Assembly (NCBI GenBank): GCA_965219415.1
Contig: OZ244742.1
Coordinates: forward strand, 864,001-928,000
Direction of reading: 5' to 3'
DNA length: 64,000 bases
Origin: Candidatus Marinacidobacterales bacterium
GTDB taxonomy: Bacteria; Acidobacteriota; Vicinamibacteria; Marinacidobacterales; DATDRI01
Of the stretch, positions 31,166-40,598 are shown piece by piece. The number at the start of each line of letters is the position of its first letter. Positions within the stretch are counted from its first letter, which is position 1. Under the pieces are notes generated by a model. It did no database searches. It was not told the DNA's origin and saw only the letters and a program-made list of their open reading frames with translations. The translations under genes and the position numbers were made by a program.

Positions 31166-31195
31166 TTTATAGCATCGCCCGGAAGAGCCCGTCAA
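31166..31195 (-). promoter_or_regulatory. Promoter for BMC genes, TTGACG-18-TATAAA with extended TG
   Basis: Near-consensus boxes upstream of BMC-H. Confidence 0.5.
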
Positions 31196-31241
31196 GGCAT
31201 GACTTAGCCGCGCCCACCGACCCGGGGAATACGCCGAGGAA

Positions 31242-31270
31242 TTGACTCGGAGCCCCGCCTGTGACATAGT
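31242..31270 (+). promoter_or_regulatory. Divergent promoter TTGACT-17-CATAGT
   Basis: Near-consensus boxes upstream of 31357. Confidence 0.4.
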
Positions 31271-31356
31271 CGTGCGCTTGCTTAGCCCCACGGAGCACCT
31301 CCGGGGCCGCCGAAGCACAGAACTCAAACTATTCGTATCAAAGAGGTGAACGCAAG

Positions 31357-32262
31357 ATGAAGGTATTTCAGCATCGGGTTACTCAAATCGTTCTCGCGGG
31401 GGTGGCTACCCTGGCCGCCGCTACCATTCAAGGTTGTCAGGGCAACGGAGGGACCGAAGTCACACCAGTGACTCCGGGGGTCGAGCTCAACAAGCCGCGA
31501 GCGCCGATCGGCAGTCCAATCGAAGTGACGTATCGCTTCGAAGTGGGCTCGGACTTCGAATCCTACCCGCGGGACTACATGGCTTTCGTGCACTTTCTCG
31601 ACTCTCATGATGAGCTTCTATTTACCGACGATCACCAACCTGCGGAGCCAACCAGTTCGTGGAAGGCAGGATCGACCGTCCAATACTCCAGAACCGTTTT
31701 CGTTCCGCTCTACCCCTACCTGGGAACAGCTACTATCGAGATGGGACTCTACGATCCCGAGACCGGCGAACGCGTGGGGCTGAGCGGAACCGATACCGGT
31801 CAATCGGCCTATCAGGTTGGAGAGCTCACTCTTCTCGACCAGAAGGAGAACATCTTCTTGGTCTACAAGGAGGGTTGGCATCCCCTGGAATCCTCACCGG
31901 AAAATCCCGCCATCGAATGGCAATGGACGAAGCAAGAGGCGGTATGCTCTTTCAAGAACCCGAAAGTGGACGCTCTCCTCTACCTGAAGGCGGACACCAA
32001 CATCGAGGCGTTCCCGGAGCCTCTCCAAGTCCAAGTTTTCGTGGGAGACACGGAGCTCACTCAGATCGACGTGGAGGATCGGTATCCCTTTCTAGTCAAG
32101 ATTCCGATCGCCGCCGCAGCACTCGGCGCCGAGGATTGGGTCGACCTTAGAATCGTGAACGGCCAGTCGTTTGTTCCTTCGGAAATTGGAATGGGCGGAG
32201 ATCCGCGGCAGCTCGGCCTACGGGTTTACCACCTCTATATCGATCCGCAGCCCGGAACTTAG
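31357..32262 (+). CDS. Hypothetical lipoprotein, two beta-sandwich domains
   Basis: Lipobox IQGC; FVHFLD..DDHQP...W and GWHPLE...WQWT...DPRQLG motifs. Confidence 0.75.
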   Translation: MKVFQHRVTQIVLAGVATLAAATIQGCQGNGGTEVTPVTPGVELNKPRAPIGSPIEVTYRFEVGSDFESYPRDYMAFVHFLDSHDELLFTDDHQPAEPTSSWKAGSTVQYSRTVFVPLYPYLGTATIEMGLYDPETGERVGLSGTDTGQSAYQVGELTLLDQKENIFLVYKEGWHPLESSPENPAIEWQWTKQEAVCSFKNPKVDALLYLKADTNIEAFPEPLQVQVFVGDTELTQIDVEDRYPFLVKIPIAAAALGAEDWVDLRIVNGQSFVPSEIGMGGDPRQLGLRVYHLYIDPQPGT

Positions 32263-32311
32263 GCCCCAAGGCGCCGTCTGGCCGTCCCTCCTCTCCTCGT
32301 GGCGCTGAGCG

Positions 32312-32490
32312 GTTCGACCGTCAATCACGGGGATCTTGTCTAGCAACTTGCCCAGACACCGGCAAGCCGTCAGCCGACGTCGATCTTTCTTAGCTACCTA
32401 TTCTGTTCGATTTCGGCCGTCAATCAACGGGGATCGTATCTAGCGGCTTGGCCAGACGGCCCTCGTCAGGCAAGCAGCCGTCAGACGGCG
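32312..32490. repeat. Two imperfect direct repeats (~99-bp period) with conserved hairpins
   Basis: CCGTCAATC(A)ACGGGGATC..TCTAGC..CTTG.CCAGAC...GGCAAGC..CGTCAG at ~32318 and ~32417. Confidence 0.7.
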
Positions 32491-32911
32491 GTCACCCTTC
32501 CCAAATTGTCTCGTATTACCCCCATACCATCGTGGTGTTTCCACTACACGAGTGGCAGAGAGTGCTAGCACTGCACGTCACTCAGTTGGATTCCTGAGCA
32601 CGCCAACAGATCGTTTGCCCGCTGGCGATCGATAAATCGTCTTAGCTTAGGAACACGATCTGAGCTACCGCTTCAACTGCTCGGTCATCTTTTCTCTGGC
32701 ACCGTTTTTGCGGCTCATACTAGCGAGGCGACACCTAGTAAGAACCCACCCGGGTTCGGCGATCCGAAATAATCACGCCCGCACCCAACGGTTAGAAGCC
32801 TTCGTCTTCTTTCTAAGGTTTTCCTTAAAAACACAGGGGAACTCGGGAGGATCCGAAGGTCTCCCGCGATTTCCAGAATGTGGACCCTTCGGTCAAGGGA
32901 GGAGTCTCGCC

Positions 32912-33469
32912 ATGAAGACGAGAATCGGACATTACGGCGCGGCGGGTTTGTTGCTCATGTTGATGGTACTCGTCTCTCATGGCCCGGTGAAAGCCGAGCA
33001 GGGCAAGTTGTTGAATCGCAGCATGTATATACCCGTTTTCCTTCGGGTGTGTGAACACCTTACCGAGGCGACCCTGTACATCGGCGATCAGCGGGTGGGG
33101 GCTCTCCCCATCGAGCGGATCTTCCTTTTCACCTACTATCCGAACCTCAAGCAAATCCTACCGAAAGCCACTGAGCTGCGAGTGGAGGGAGTTCGAACCG
33201 ATGACAACAGCCCGTTCATCGGCCGTCTCGCCGTCAATCCCATGGGCATCTTCACCGCAGAAAAGTACATCGAACTGGATTTCGAGCGGGCAAAGAAACA
33301 GCTCACCTACCGGATCGATAGCAGGTACGAGAAGGTTAGCCTTGTCATGCGCTGTGACACCGAGTGTGGACGAGGCAACACGGCCACCACCACCGCTTCG
33401 TTGGATGCCGCGCGATCCCCAGCGGACGAAAAACCGGAAGTGGCTATGCTAAAGGAGGGAAGAAACTGA
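32912..33469 (+). CDS. Secreted hypothetical protein
   Basis: GGAGG RBS; signal peptide ending VKA. Confidence 0.7.
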   Translation: MKTRIGHYGAAGLLLMLMVLVSHGPVKAEQGKLLNRSMYIPVFLRVCEHLTEATLYIGDQRVGALPIERIFLFTYYPNLKQILPKATELRVEGVRTDDNSPFIGRLAVNPMGIFTAEKYIELDFERAKKQLTYRIDSRYEKVSLVMRCDTECGRGNTATTTASLDAARSPADEKPEVAMLKEGRN

Positions 33470-33481
33470 GGCGGGCTCGGT

Positions 33482-34538
33482 TCAAGGATCCTCTTCCTCG
33501 ATATCGAGTGTAATCCGGAGACGTTTTTTCTTTCCTGCCGGGCGCCCTGATAAATCAACTTGGAGCGACTCGCCAACGACATCGCTGGCTCCCGCCAAAC
33601 TCAAGTCCAGAGAGAGTTGCGTGGCGTGCTCCAGGGCAGTTTTCGGCAGTGTCACCTTCAACTCGCGGCTCTCCCCTTCCTCCCTTCGGACAGCGGGAAC
33701 TCGCTTCTTCTTCTTCGCCACTCCTAGAGAGTTTCCCAAAGCCACGTGGCGCAGCTTCTCGAGCTCCCGTTCCACGTCGAGCGGAGATTTGGTCGCAACC
33801 CTCCGCACTGAGCTCGCCGAACCAGCCTGACCGGCCGGAATGGGCGCCGGGGTCGCGTCGAGGCTCGCCGCGAATTCTACCCGCACCTCGTCGGTTCCGC
33901 TCTTGAGCGCCGTGCTGGTCGAGTAAGACGACGTTTGCATGACGGGCTTCGAGGCGGGCTCCCTCGACAAGCCAAAAGCCCCGCCGGTTGGCACCGCGAT
34001 CTGCGGTTTCTCCGCAGGTACATCGCCAGAAATCCTTCGGTGCACGGCGGCGAGTGTCTTCCTTGAGATTGCTTTCAGAGTCTCGAAGACACCAATGCCG
34101 TGCAATGCAGCGGCACCGAAAACCTCGTATCCGTTCGTGTTCAGGCACCGGTTCAACGTTTCGACGGAGTGAATATTACGGATGTCACGCTTATTGAACT
34201 GGAATATAAAAGGAATGTTGTCGAGAGGCTGGTTTAACTCTTCGAGATTTTGCTTGAGGTTCTCGAAACTCTCCAAGTTAGCATCGAGCGCTGGCACCTG
34301 AGAATCAGCGACGAATACGATGCCATCGACTCCTTTGAGCACCAACTTGCGAGTCGTGTTGTAGAAGACCTGCCCGGGTACCGTATAGAGCTGCACGCGT
34401 ACGCGCATGCCGCCGATCGTCCCCACTTCGAGCGGCAACAGATCGAAGAAGAGCGTTCGATCGGCTTCCGTCTCCAAGCTGGCCGTAATAGACGATCTTC
34501 GCCGAGACCTGCATCGTGGTGTAGTTGAAGAAGACCAC
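33482..34538 (-). pseudogene. MglA-like small GTPase with C-terminal extension; P-loop deleted, frameshifted at ~34480
   Basis: AKIVYYG joined directly to SLETEADRTLFFDLLP; then TVPGQVFY, GVDGIVFVADS, NKRD. Confidence 0.85.
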
Positions 34539-34714
34539 CGAGTGTTACTCCTTACCCCTTAGATTTCAAATAGACAAAGCCATCTTACCCGCTCCGGCAA
34601 CTCCGCGTCAAGCGGCTGGTTCGGCGGTTTCCCGCGTGGCAGCAGCGTGCCGGGCGTCCAATCCACGCCGTGCCAGTAACCGGAAGTGGCAAGACGCCAT
34701 TACAGAGGCGCGGC

Positions 34715-35263
34715 CTAGAAACGCAGCGTTAGCCCGGTGTAGAATCGCTTCTGGCCCTCTTGGAGGGGATCTCCTTGGAGTTGAATAGTCCGGTAGTCGA
34801 AGCGGAGATTGGTCGGCCCGGTGAGGTGCAAATACACTCCAAACCCCTGTGAGGTAGCCAGCGAGCTTTCCTGAACCTGCAAGAAGGATTGGCGATACAT
34901 GCCGAGCCCCATGACCAGATAAGGACGCAAGCGCAGGACCGATATCGGAGAAACGAACAACAAATTGCCACTCCAAGTGGTCAAGGACGGTGAACGGTCT
35001 TCCTCGCTTGCTCGCGAGTATTCTCCTTCCACGGAGATGATCTCCGTGAAGATCGGCAGAGATAAACCGAAGCCGATCCCCGGGCGACCGTTGGGTGAAG
35101 CTCGTTGTATGAAACCGGTTACGCCACCGGCCTCCACCGCTGGAACGGCTAAGATTGTGACGAACATACTTAGAAGGCCGAGAAGGCAGTGGAGTGCGAT
35201 TCTCCTGCCACGTCGAGTCGGTGGAGAACGGAGTACCGATGGCGAATGATCCATGGTCTTCAT
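34715..35263 (-). CDS. Small outer-membrane beta-barrel protein
   Basis: Signal peptide, alternating beta strands, RPY, terminal GLTLRF. Confidence 0.75.
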   Translation of the reverse strand: MKTMDHSPSVLRSPPTRRGRRIALHCLLGLLSMFVTILAVPAVEAGGVTGFIQRASPNGRPGIGFGLSLPIFTEIISVEGEYSRASEEDRSPSLTTWSGNLLFVSPISVLRLRPYLVMGLGMYRQSFLQVQESSLATSQGFGVYLHLTGPTNLRFDYRTIQLQGDPLQEGQKRFYTGLTLRF

Positions 35264-35267
35264 ACTG

Positions 35268-35645
35268 TCAGACCCGGCTGAGCAAGACGGTCGCGATGGC
35301 CAAGTCCCCGGAGACCGCTACAGAGACCGCGTAGCACTCCGCTCCCTTCCGCCTCGCCACCGCGAGGGCTCGACCAGAAAGAAGCGCTTCGACCGGTCCT
35401 TCCGTCGCCCCATCGGTTCGAATCTCCTTCCATCCGACACCGCGCATCCCTGTCCCGAGCGCCTTCATGACCGCCTCCTTAATCGCGAAAACCTCTGAGA
35501 GCTTGATGACCGGCTGCGCGCTTCGGAGCACCGCTTCCGACTCCGCCGCCACGCAAACTCGGCGTACCAACCTTTCGCCGCGCCGAGTATACACACCTGA
35601 CATGCGTGACGTTTCCACCAGATCGACGCCCACCCCACAGATCAA
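35268..35645 (-). CDS. acpS: Holo-ACP synthase
   Basis: GVGVDLVE, FAIKEAVMKALGTG. Confidence 0.88.
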   Translation of the reverse strand: MICGVGVDLVETSRMSGVYTRRGERLVRRVCVAAESEAVLRSAQPVIKLSEVFAIKEAVMKALGTGMRGVGWKEIRTDGATEGPVEALLSGRALAVARRKGAECYAVSVAVSGDLAIATVLLSRV

Positions 35646-35775
35646 CGACGGTTACCTCCGCGTGTAGGGGCCACATTGTACCTTGAGGCGCCCCCAGAGT
35701 TGATGGGTAAGCGGGCTCATGCAAGGACAATCGCTTCGAGGTAGAATGGGGAATCGAACCGAGAGGTAGAGACGA

Positions 35776-36513
35776 ATGGAAAATGTAAGCTTGGTCACTG
35801 CTTTCCTGGCGGGCATCATTTCATTCATCTCCCCTTGTGTTCTCCCCATCGTACCCGGCTACATCTCGTTCGTGTCCGGCGTCTCACTTCAAGAGCTCAA
35901 GGACAACGTTGATCTCGGCGAAGAAGAAAGACGGCGCCTCCTTCGGCAGGTCGGCCTCAACAGCGTGTTCTTCGTTCTTGGCTTCTCGGTCGTCTTCATC
36001 GTTATGGGAGCATCGGCAACCTATATCGGGAACTGGTTCGCCGCAAACCGCACGGTGCTGGCTCGGGTGGCGGGCGCGGTGATCATTATCTTCGGCCTCC
36101 ACACCATGGGGCTCACTCCGATCAAATGGCTCAACTACGAGAAGCGCTTTCAGGCGCAAAACAAGCCGGTGGGGTTCGCGGGCTCCTTTCTGATCGGACT
36201 AGCATTCGCCTTCGGCTGGTCGCCGTGTATCGGCCCTATTTTGGCGGGCGTCCTCGCGCTGGCAGCTACGCAAGATACTGTTGGGCAAGGAGTGGGGCTG
36301 CTGGCCGCCTACTCGCTCGGCCTCGGGGTGCCCTTCATCGCTACCGGCCTCGCCACGAACCGTTTCCTCGATCTCTTCGGCCGCGTCAAGAAACACATGC
36401 GTTTCGTCGAAATTACGGCGGGAGTGCTATTGGTCGTCGTCGGGGTCCTCGTGGCCACGGATAAGCTTCAAGCCCTGTCACGCTACTTCACTTTCCTCCC
36501 TGTGCTCGGTTAG
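35776..36513 (+). CDS. ccdA: Cytochrome c biogenesis protein CcdA
   Basis: SFISPCVLP, FGWSPCIGP, YSLGLGVPF. Confidence 0.93.
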   Translation: MENVSLVTAFLAGIISFISPCVLPIVPGYISFVSGVSLQELKDNVDLGEEERRRLLRQVGLNSVFFVLGFSVVFIVMGASATYIGNWFAANRTVLARVAGAVIIIFGLHTMGLTPIKWLNYEKRFQAQNKPVGFAGSFLIGLAFAFGWSPCIGPILAGVLALAATQDTVGQGVGLLAAYSLGLGVPFIATGLATNRFLDLFGRVKKHMRFVEITAGVLLVVVGVLVATDKLQALSRYFTFLPVLG

Positions 36514-36620
36514 ACAGGGCGGGCTCCTCCCCGTGCCCCCATGCTATGATCCAGTCTCCCGACGACACTTTCGCACGGGTTAGATCCGTTCGGTTTTCTC
36601 GCCGGGAGAAAGGCACTTAC

Positions 36621-37040
36621 ATGCGCGTCGCTCTCTCCATTCCCCTGATCGCGCTAGCAAGCGTTGGAACATTCGCCCATACGAGCGAACAGGAGCGAGG
36701 TGATTCCGGCAGCAAGTGGGAAGCACCGGAGGAAGCCAAAGCCGAGCCGAACCCGTTGCCGTCTACCGCGGAAATCCTGGGCGAGGGCTCGACCCTCTAC
36801 AAGAAGAACTGCGAGATGTGCCATGGCCCTACCGGCAAAGGCGATGGGCCCGCGACGCAATTCATCAAGCCGGCGCCGCACGACATCAGTACACCGGAAG
36901 TGCAATCAGAAATGGCGGACGGGGGTATTTTTTGGAAGTTGACCATCGGGAAAAAACCGATGCCTCCATTCGGCAAGAAACTCTCCGACCATGAACGGTG
37001 GGCGCTCGTGCACTACGTGAGAAGTCTGAAGGTCGATTGA
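36621..37040 (+). CDS. Monoheme c-type cytochrome
   Basis: Signal peptide; CEMCHG; distal MPPF. Confidence 0.9.
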   Translation: MRVALSIPLIALASVGTFAHTSEQERGDSGSKWEAPEEAKAEPNPLPSTAEILGEGSTLYKKNCEMCHGPTGKGDGPATQFIKPAPHDISTPEVQSEMADGGIFWKLTIGKKPMPPFGKKLSDHERWALVHYVRSLKVD

Positions 37041-37058
37041 ATGTCGGTACGATGCTTC

Positions 37059-37730
37059 TCAGCCGATGACTTTGCCGGTGCGGCCCCACCGCGTATCTCG
37101 GAAGAAGCGCGTGAACATGCCACCCAGGTGATCGGTGAAGCCGATGGCGGAAGGCTCCCCCCTTGCCACGTCGATCGACCACCATACGAAGAGTGGCTTG
37201 CCAACGATCTTATCTCGCGCGAGGAATCCCCAGAAGCGACTGTCATAACTTCGATCCCGATTATCTCCGAGAACAAAAAAATGACTCGCAGGTACGGTGG
37301 CCGCCCGGTAGTTGTCGCGCGGACTCAAATCTCTTCTGGCCGGCTCTTTGAAAACCGCATAAGGCTCATCGAGTGGCGCCCCATCGATGAAAACTTGTTT
37401 CTCCAGGATCTCGACGGTTTCACCGGGCAGAGCCACGACCCGTTTGACGTAGTAGGCGGGTTCGGAAGCGGCTTCCCAGTGCTTGAACACGACGACATCC
37501 CTCCGGGCGACTTCGGCGAAGGGAAGGTACCTAACGGGCTCTTGGCCTCCATACCACCGAAACGCGAACTTATTGATGAGGAGGTGATCGCCCGGCAACA
37601 AGGTGTCCTCCATGCTTCCGGTCGGGATCTGCACCGCCTCCCCCAAGAAGGCTCTAATGAAAAGAACGACCACTACCGAGAGAAGAAGCGACTCGAGGTA
37701 CTGGCGGAATGTCGACTTGCGGCGCATCAA
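37059..37730 (-). CDS. lepB: Signal peptidase I
   Basis: PTGSMEDTL, YVKRV, GDNRDRSYDSRFWG. Confidence 0.93.
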   Translation of the reverse strand: MMRRKSTFRQYLESLLLSVVVVLFIRAFLGEAVQIPTGSMEDTLLPGDHLLINKFAFRWYGGQEPVRYLPFAEVARRDVVVFKHWEAASEPAYYVKRVVALPGETVEILEKQVFIDGAPLDEPYAVFKEPARRDLSPRDNYRAATVPASHFFVLGDNRDRSYDSRFWGFLARDKIVGKPLFVWWSIDVARGEPSAIGFTDHLGGMFTRFFRDTRWGRTGKVIG

Positions 37731-37821
37731 TCTGCGGAGAGCCTAGCCGTTCGCCCTTGGAAAATCAACGCCCCGCGAACACGGGCGAACGCCTCACCCG
37801 ACACTCGAGAGGAGCACAATT

Positions 37822-38343
37822 ATGCGAGCCGCTAATTGGCTGGCCGCGGTTGGACTCGCCGCGGTAGCCTGTCAGTCCTGTCAAGCCCCCCCGGTCGATG
37901 AGAAACCCCGGCCCGCCCCCGATGTCGTCTTGGAGAGGCTCAACGACACCGGAACTCTGTCGTTGGCAGATCATAAGGGCGCGGTGGTGTTAGTAGACCT
38001 CTGGGCCACATGGTGTGCTCCCTGTCTGGCCGAGCTGCCCCATCTTCAAGAGCTCGCCGATTCGTTCGATCCGACCGAGTTCCTCATGCTGGGGATTGTG
38101 CTGGAATCAGGAGACAAGGACGACATCGAGGAGTTTCTCAGAGAGCAGGGCGTTACTTACCCCAACCTACTCGGAGAGGACGGTACGAAGGAGGCCTTCG
38201 GAACCTTTCTCGGCTATCCCACCAAGTATTTGATCGGAAGAGATGGTTACATCGTCAAGAAATACTTTGGGCTCGTGGGCGATCGAGTCAGAGAGGACGT
38301 GGAGCGTTTCGTGCGTACCGGCTCGTTGGAGTCGAGCAATTAA
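37822..38343 (+). CDS. TlpA/ResA-type thiol-disulfide oxidoreductase lipoprotein
   Basis: WATWCAPC, GYPT. Confidence 0.92.
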   Translation: MRAANWLAAVGLAAVACQSCQAPPVDEKPRPAPDVVLERLNDTGTLSLADHKGAVVLVDLWATWCAPCLAELPHLQELADSFDPTEFLMLGIVLESGDKDDIEEFLREQGVTYPNLLGEDGTKEAFGTFLGYPTKYLIGRDGYIVKKYFGLVGDRVREDVERFVRTGSLESSN

Positions 38344-38409
38344 GTCTGCTCACAAAGTCACCCGCCCATGGTGCGATCGCCACGCCGAGACGCCATCCGC
38401 TTGCACGAA

Positions 38410-38438
38410 TTGACACGTTTTCGAGGGCAAGGTATCAT
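38410..38438 (+). promoter_or_regulatory. Sigma70-type promoter TTGACA-17-TATCAT
   Basis: Near-perfect consensus. Confidence 0.65.
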
Positions 38439-38540
38439 TTTTTGTCATAGCGCTCGCAAAGCGCGCAATGATATCAATAGGGTTCTTGGTCCCGTCTCTC
38501 GTGCAGGGATTCTGTCGACCAACCCTTCCGGAGTGTACCC

Positions 38541-38876
38541 GTGGACGGCGGTAAAGGAACCCTTCTCGACCGGAACGCCCGCTTCGAAGGCAAGCTCGAG
38601 GGCGGCAACATCACGCTCCGCGGACGATTCAAAGGGGATCTCCGGGCCTCGGGTGTGCTACGTATCGTGGACGGATCCGACATCGAAGCCAACATCAAGG
38701 CCAACCGGGTGGAAATCGATGGCCGATTCCAGGGAGAGGTGCAGGCCGATTCGCTCCAACTCTTGGAGCAGGGACGTGCTTCCGGTACTTTTCGCGCCAA
38801 GAAGCTCACCGTCAAAGAAGGAGCGACCCTGGACGGTGAGGTGGAGGTTGGTGAGTCGGGCAAGAAGGAAAGCTAA
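38541..38876 (+). CDS. Bactofilin (polymer-forming cytoskeletal protein)
   Basis: Beta-helix repeats FEGKL...GRFKGDL...IDGRFQGEV...EGATLDGEV. Confidence 0.85.
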   Translation: MDGGKGTLLDRNARFEGKLEGGNITLRGRFKGDLRASGVLRIVDGSDIEANIKANRVEIDGRFQGEVQADSLQLLEQGRASGTFRAKKLTVKEGATLDGEVEVGESGKKES

Positions 38877-38947
38877 GGGCGGGTCCTTAAAGCAACCGGG
38901 AATTCTCACGTTCGCGTCCCCCCCTGGCTTCGTGACGGGGGTTGGAT

Positions 38948-39160
38948 ATGAGCCTCAGCGACGAAGCTCACGACGATGAGCTCGAAAACCCATCGTCCGG
39001 CGTTGAGACAATCCGAACCGGGATGCTTATTCTTTGTTGCCCTGGTTGCAGACGCTCGGTCAAGGTTTTCGGGAGAGTCCGTCGTGTCCTCTGTGCTTGC
39101 GGTCAAGTGCTTCTTGAGGTTCCGGCTACGCACCGAGGCGTAGCGCAGGAGCGCCAATAG
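38948..39160 (+). CDS. Small putative Zn-ribbon protein
   Basis: CPGC...CACG; co-oriented with neighbours. Confidence 0.5.
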   Translation: MSLSDEAHDDELENPSSGVETIRTGMLILCCPGCRRSVKVFGRVRRVLCACGQVLLEVPATHRGVAQERQ

Positions 39161-39175
39161 CGAGAAAGGTGAATC

Positions 39176-39598
39176 GTGGCGAGGAAAACGAAGAAAGCGA
39201 CCCGTAGCAAAGCTAGCCGTAAGAGCAAACCTGCAGCCCCGCCGAACCGCGCCAAGTCCGTAGAGATTGTGTTTTCCTACGGAGAGGTCGATTTTCTCCG
39301 GAAGATTACGAAGCGGGAATTCGAGCCAGCCTCAGCCAAGGAACGGGCCGCGCGGCTCTCGCTCCGAGATAAATTGTTGGACATCGACTTCAGCCGTCCC
39401 ACCGCAGGCGGCGGTGGCCTTATCGTCCTCGAGGTGGAGCAACCGGAGGTTGCGCTGCTTCAGCACGTAACCAAGGAAGTCTACAGTTTCATCACCGGCG
39501 AGGAGCGACGCGCCCGCTTGATCCTTCGAGAAAAGATTTTGATCGCCGCCGAAAAAGCGGGCAGCGGGAAAAAAGGGCGCCGCGAGAAAACTTCCTAA
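39176..39598 (+). CDS. Hypothetical basic protein with internal duplication
   Basis: Lys/Arg-rich termini; two ~40-aa repeats. Confidence 0.65.
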   Translation: MARKTKKATRSKASRKSKPAAPPNRAKSVEIVFSYGEVDFLRKITKREFEPASAKERAARLSLRDKLLDIDFSRPTAGGGGLIVLEVEQPEVALLQHVTKEVYSFITGEERRARLILREKILIAAEKAGSGKKGRREKTS

Positions 39599-39605
39599 CC
39601 GACGA

Positions 39606-40501
39606 TCAGTTCAGCTGCAGCACGAGATCTTCATCCAACCGCACATTGATTTCCGAACCCACCGGAATTCGGATCTCCTCGCCCTTGGTGGTCAAGACCA
39701 CGCCCGTCCCACCCGCGCCACCGATGCCGGCTCCTATGGCGGCACCTTTCTTCCCGCCCAGGATTCCGCCGATGAGGGCACCGACACCCGCCGCTCCGCC
39801 GATAATCCCAGCGTCCTTTTTCTTTCGGGACGCCGCCTCCTTCTCGACAAACGTCGTCCGAATCTCCTTGACCCCAGTTTGCGTACTCAGACGATCGAAG
39901 GTGAAGCCGATGCTCGCCTTTCCTTTTACTTTGCCCGAAGCCTTGACTGCGGTGACTCTCCCCTCGACATAACTTCCTTCGGCTAGCACCGGCTCGCCCT
40001 TTACGTAAATAGGAGAAATTGTGCGCGCCTGGATCTCGTCCCCCACCTGGTTGACCGAAGTGTCGAGCGAGGTCAGAAGCTCGAGCTCCAAGATCGATCC
40101 CGCCGGAACGTTCACTTCAATGATTTTGGGTTCCTCCGGAGCTGCCGGCGGCTCGGGAGTCGGCGCGACTTCTTCCAGCTTTGACTCTGCAGCACGAACC
40201 CCTGGCTTGGAAGGAACCGGCGTCAGCTTCGGTTCCGGCACTGTCGGGGATGACGATGCCGCGGGCCGACTCAGCGTCGATGCTCGCGATCGATCTTCTT
40301 CTCGAACTTCGTCCTGAACAGGGTCGATCGGCTGCACCGGGTGGTCCCTTGGCTCTTCGTTCTGAGCAGATCCTGCGCCTATGGTCGGCGCCCGGAGTCC
40401 ATGGGTTCGGGTTCGTTGTTGCCTCGTTTGCAGGCACTCACACTTAGCGCGAGAACCAGCAAGATTCCTAGTACGTCAAACGAGCGGCTTCCTGATGACA
40501 T
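39606..40501 (-). CDS. Lipoprotein with TrbI/VirB10-like domain and glycine zipper (1-bp frameshift at ~40392)
   Basis: LALSVSAC lipobox from ATG 40501; VPAGS.LELEL..., GRVTAV, GGAAGVGALIGGILGGKKGAAIG. Confidence 0.75.
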
Positions 40502-40598
40502 CGTGCATCCCCCATTGTCGTTGATTGTGATTGATTAAACGGCGCTTCGAGCCCTCCAACGCATTCTCCGCCGCTCTCCGCCGACGATCAAATCAATT

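Noticed and set aside
32410-32470. Hammerhead-like core on the minus strand (CTGACGA-GGGCCGTC…GACGGCC-GAAA)
   Set aside because: No stem I or stem III with a correctly placed UH cleavage site could be built
32270-32500. Possible CRISPR array
   Set aside because: Only two diverged long repeats, no unique spacers of constant length and no cas genes
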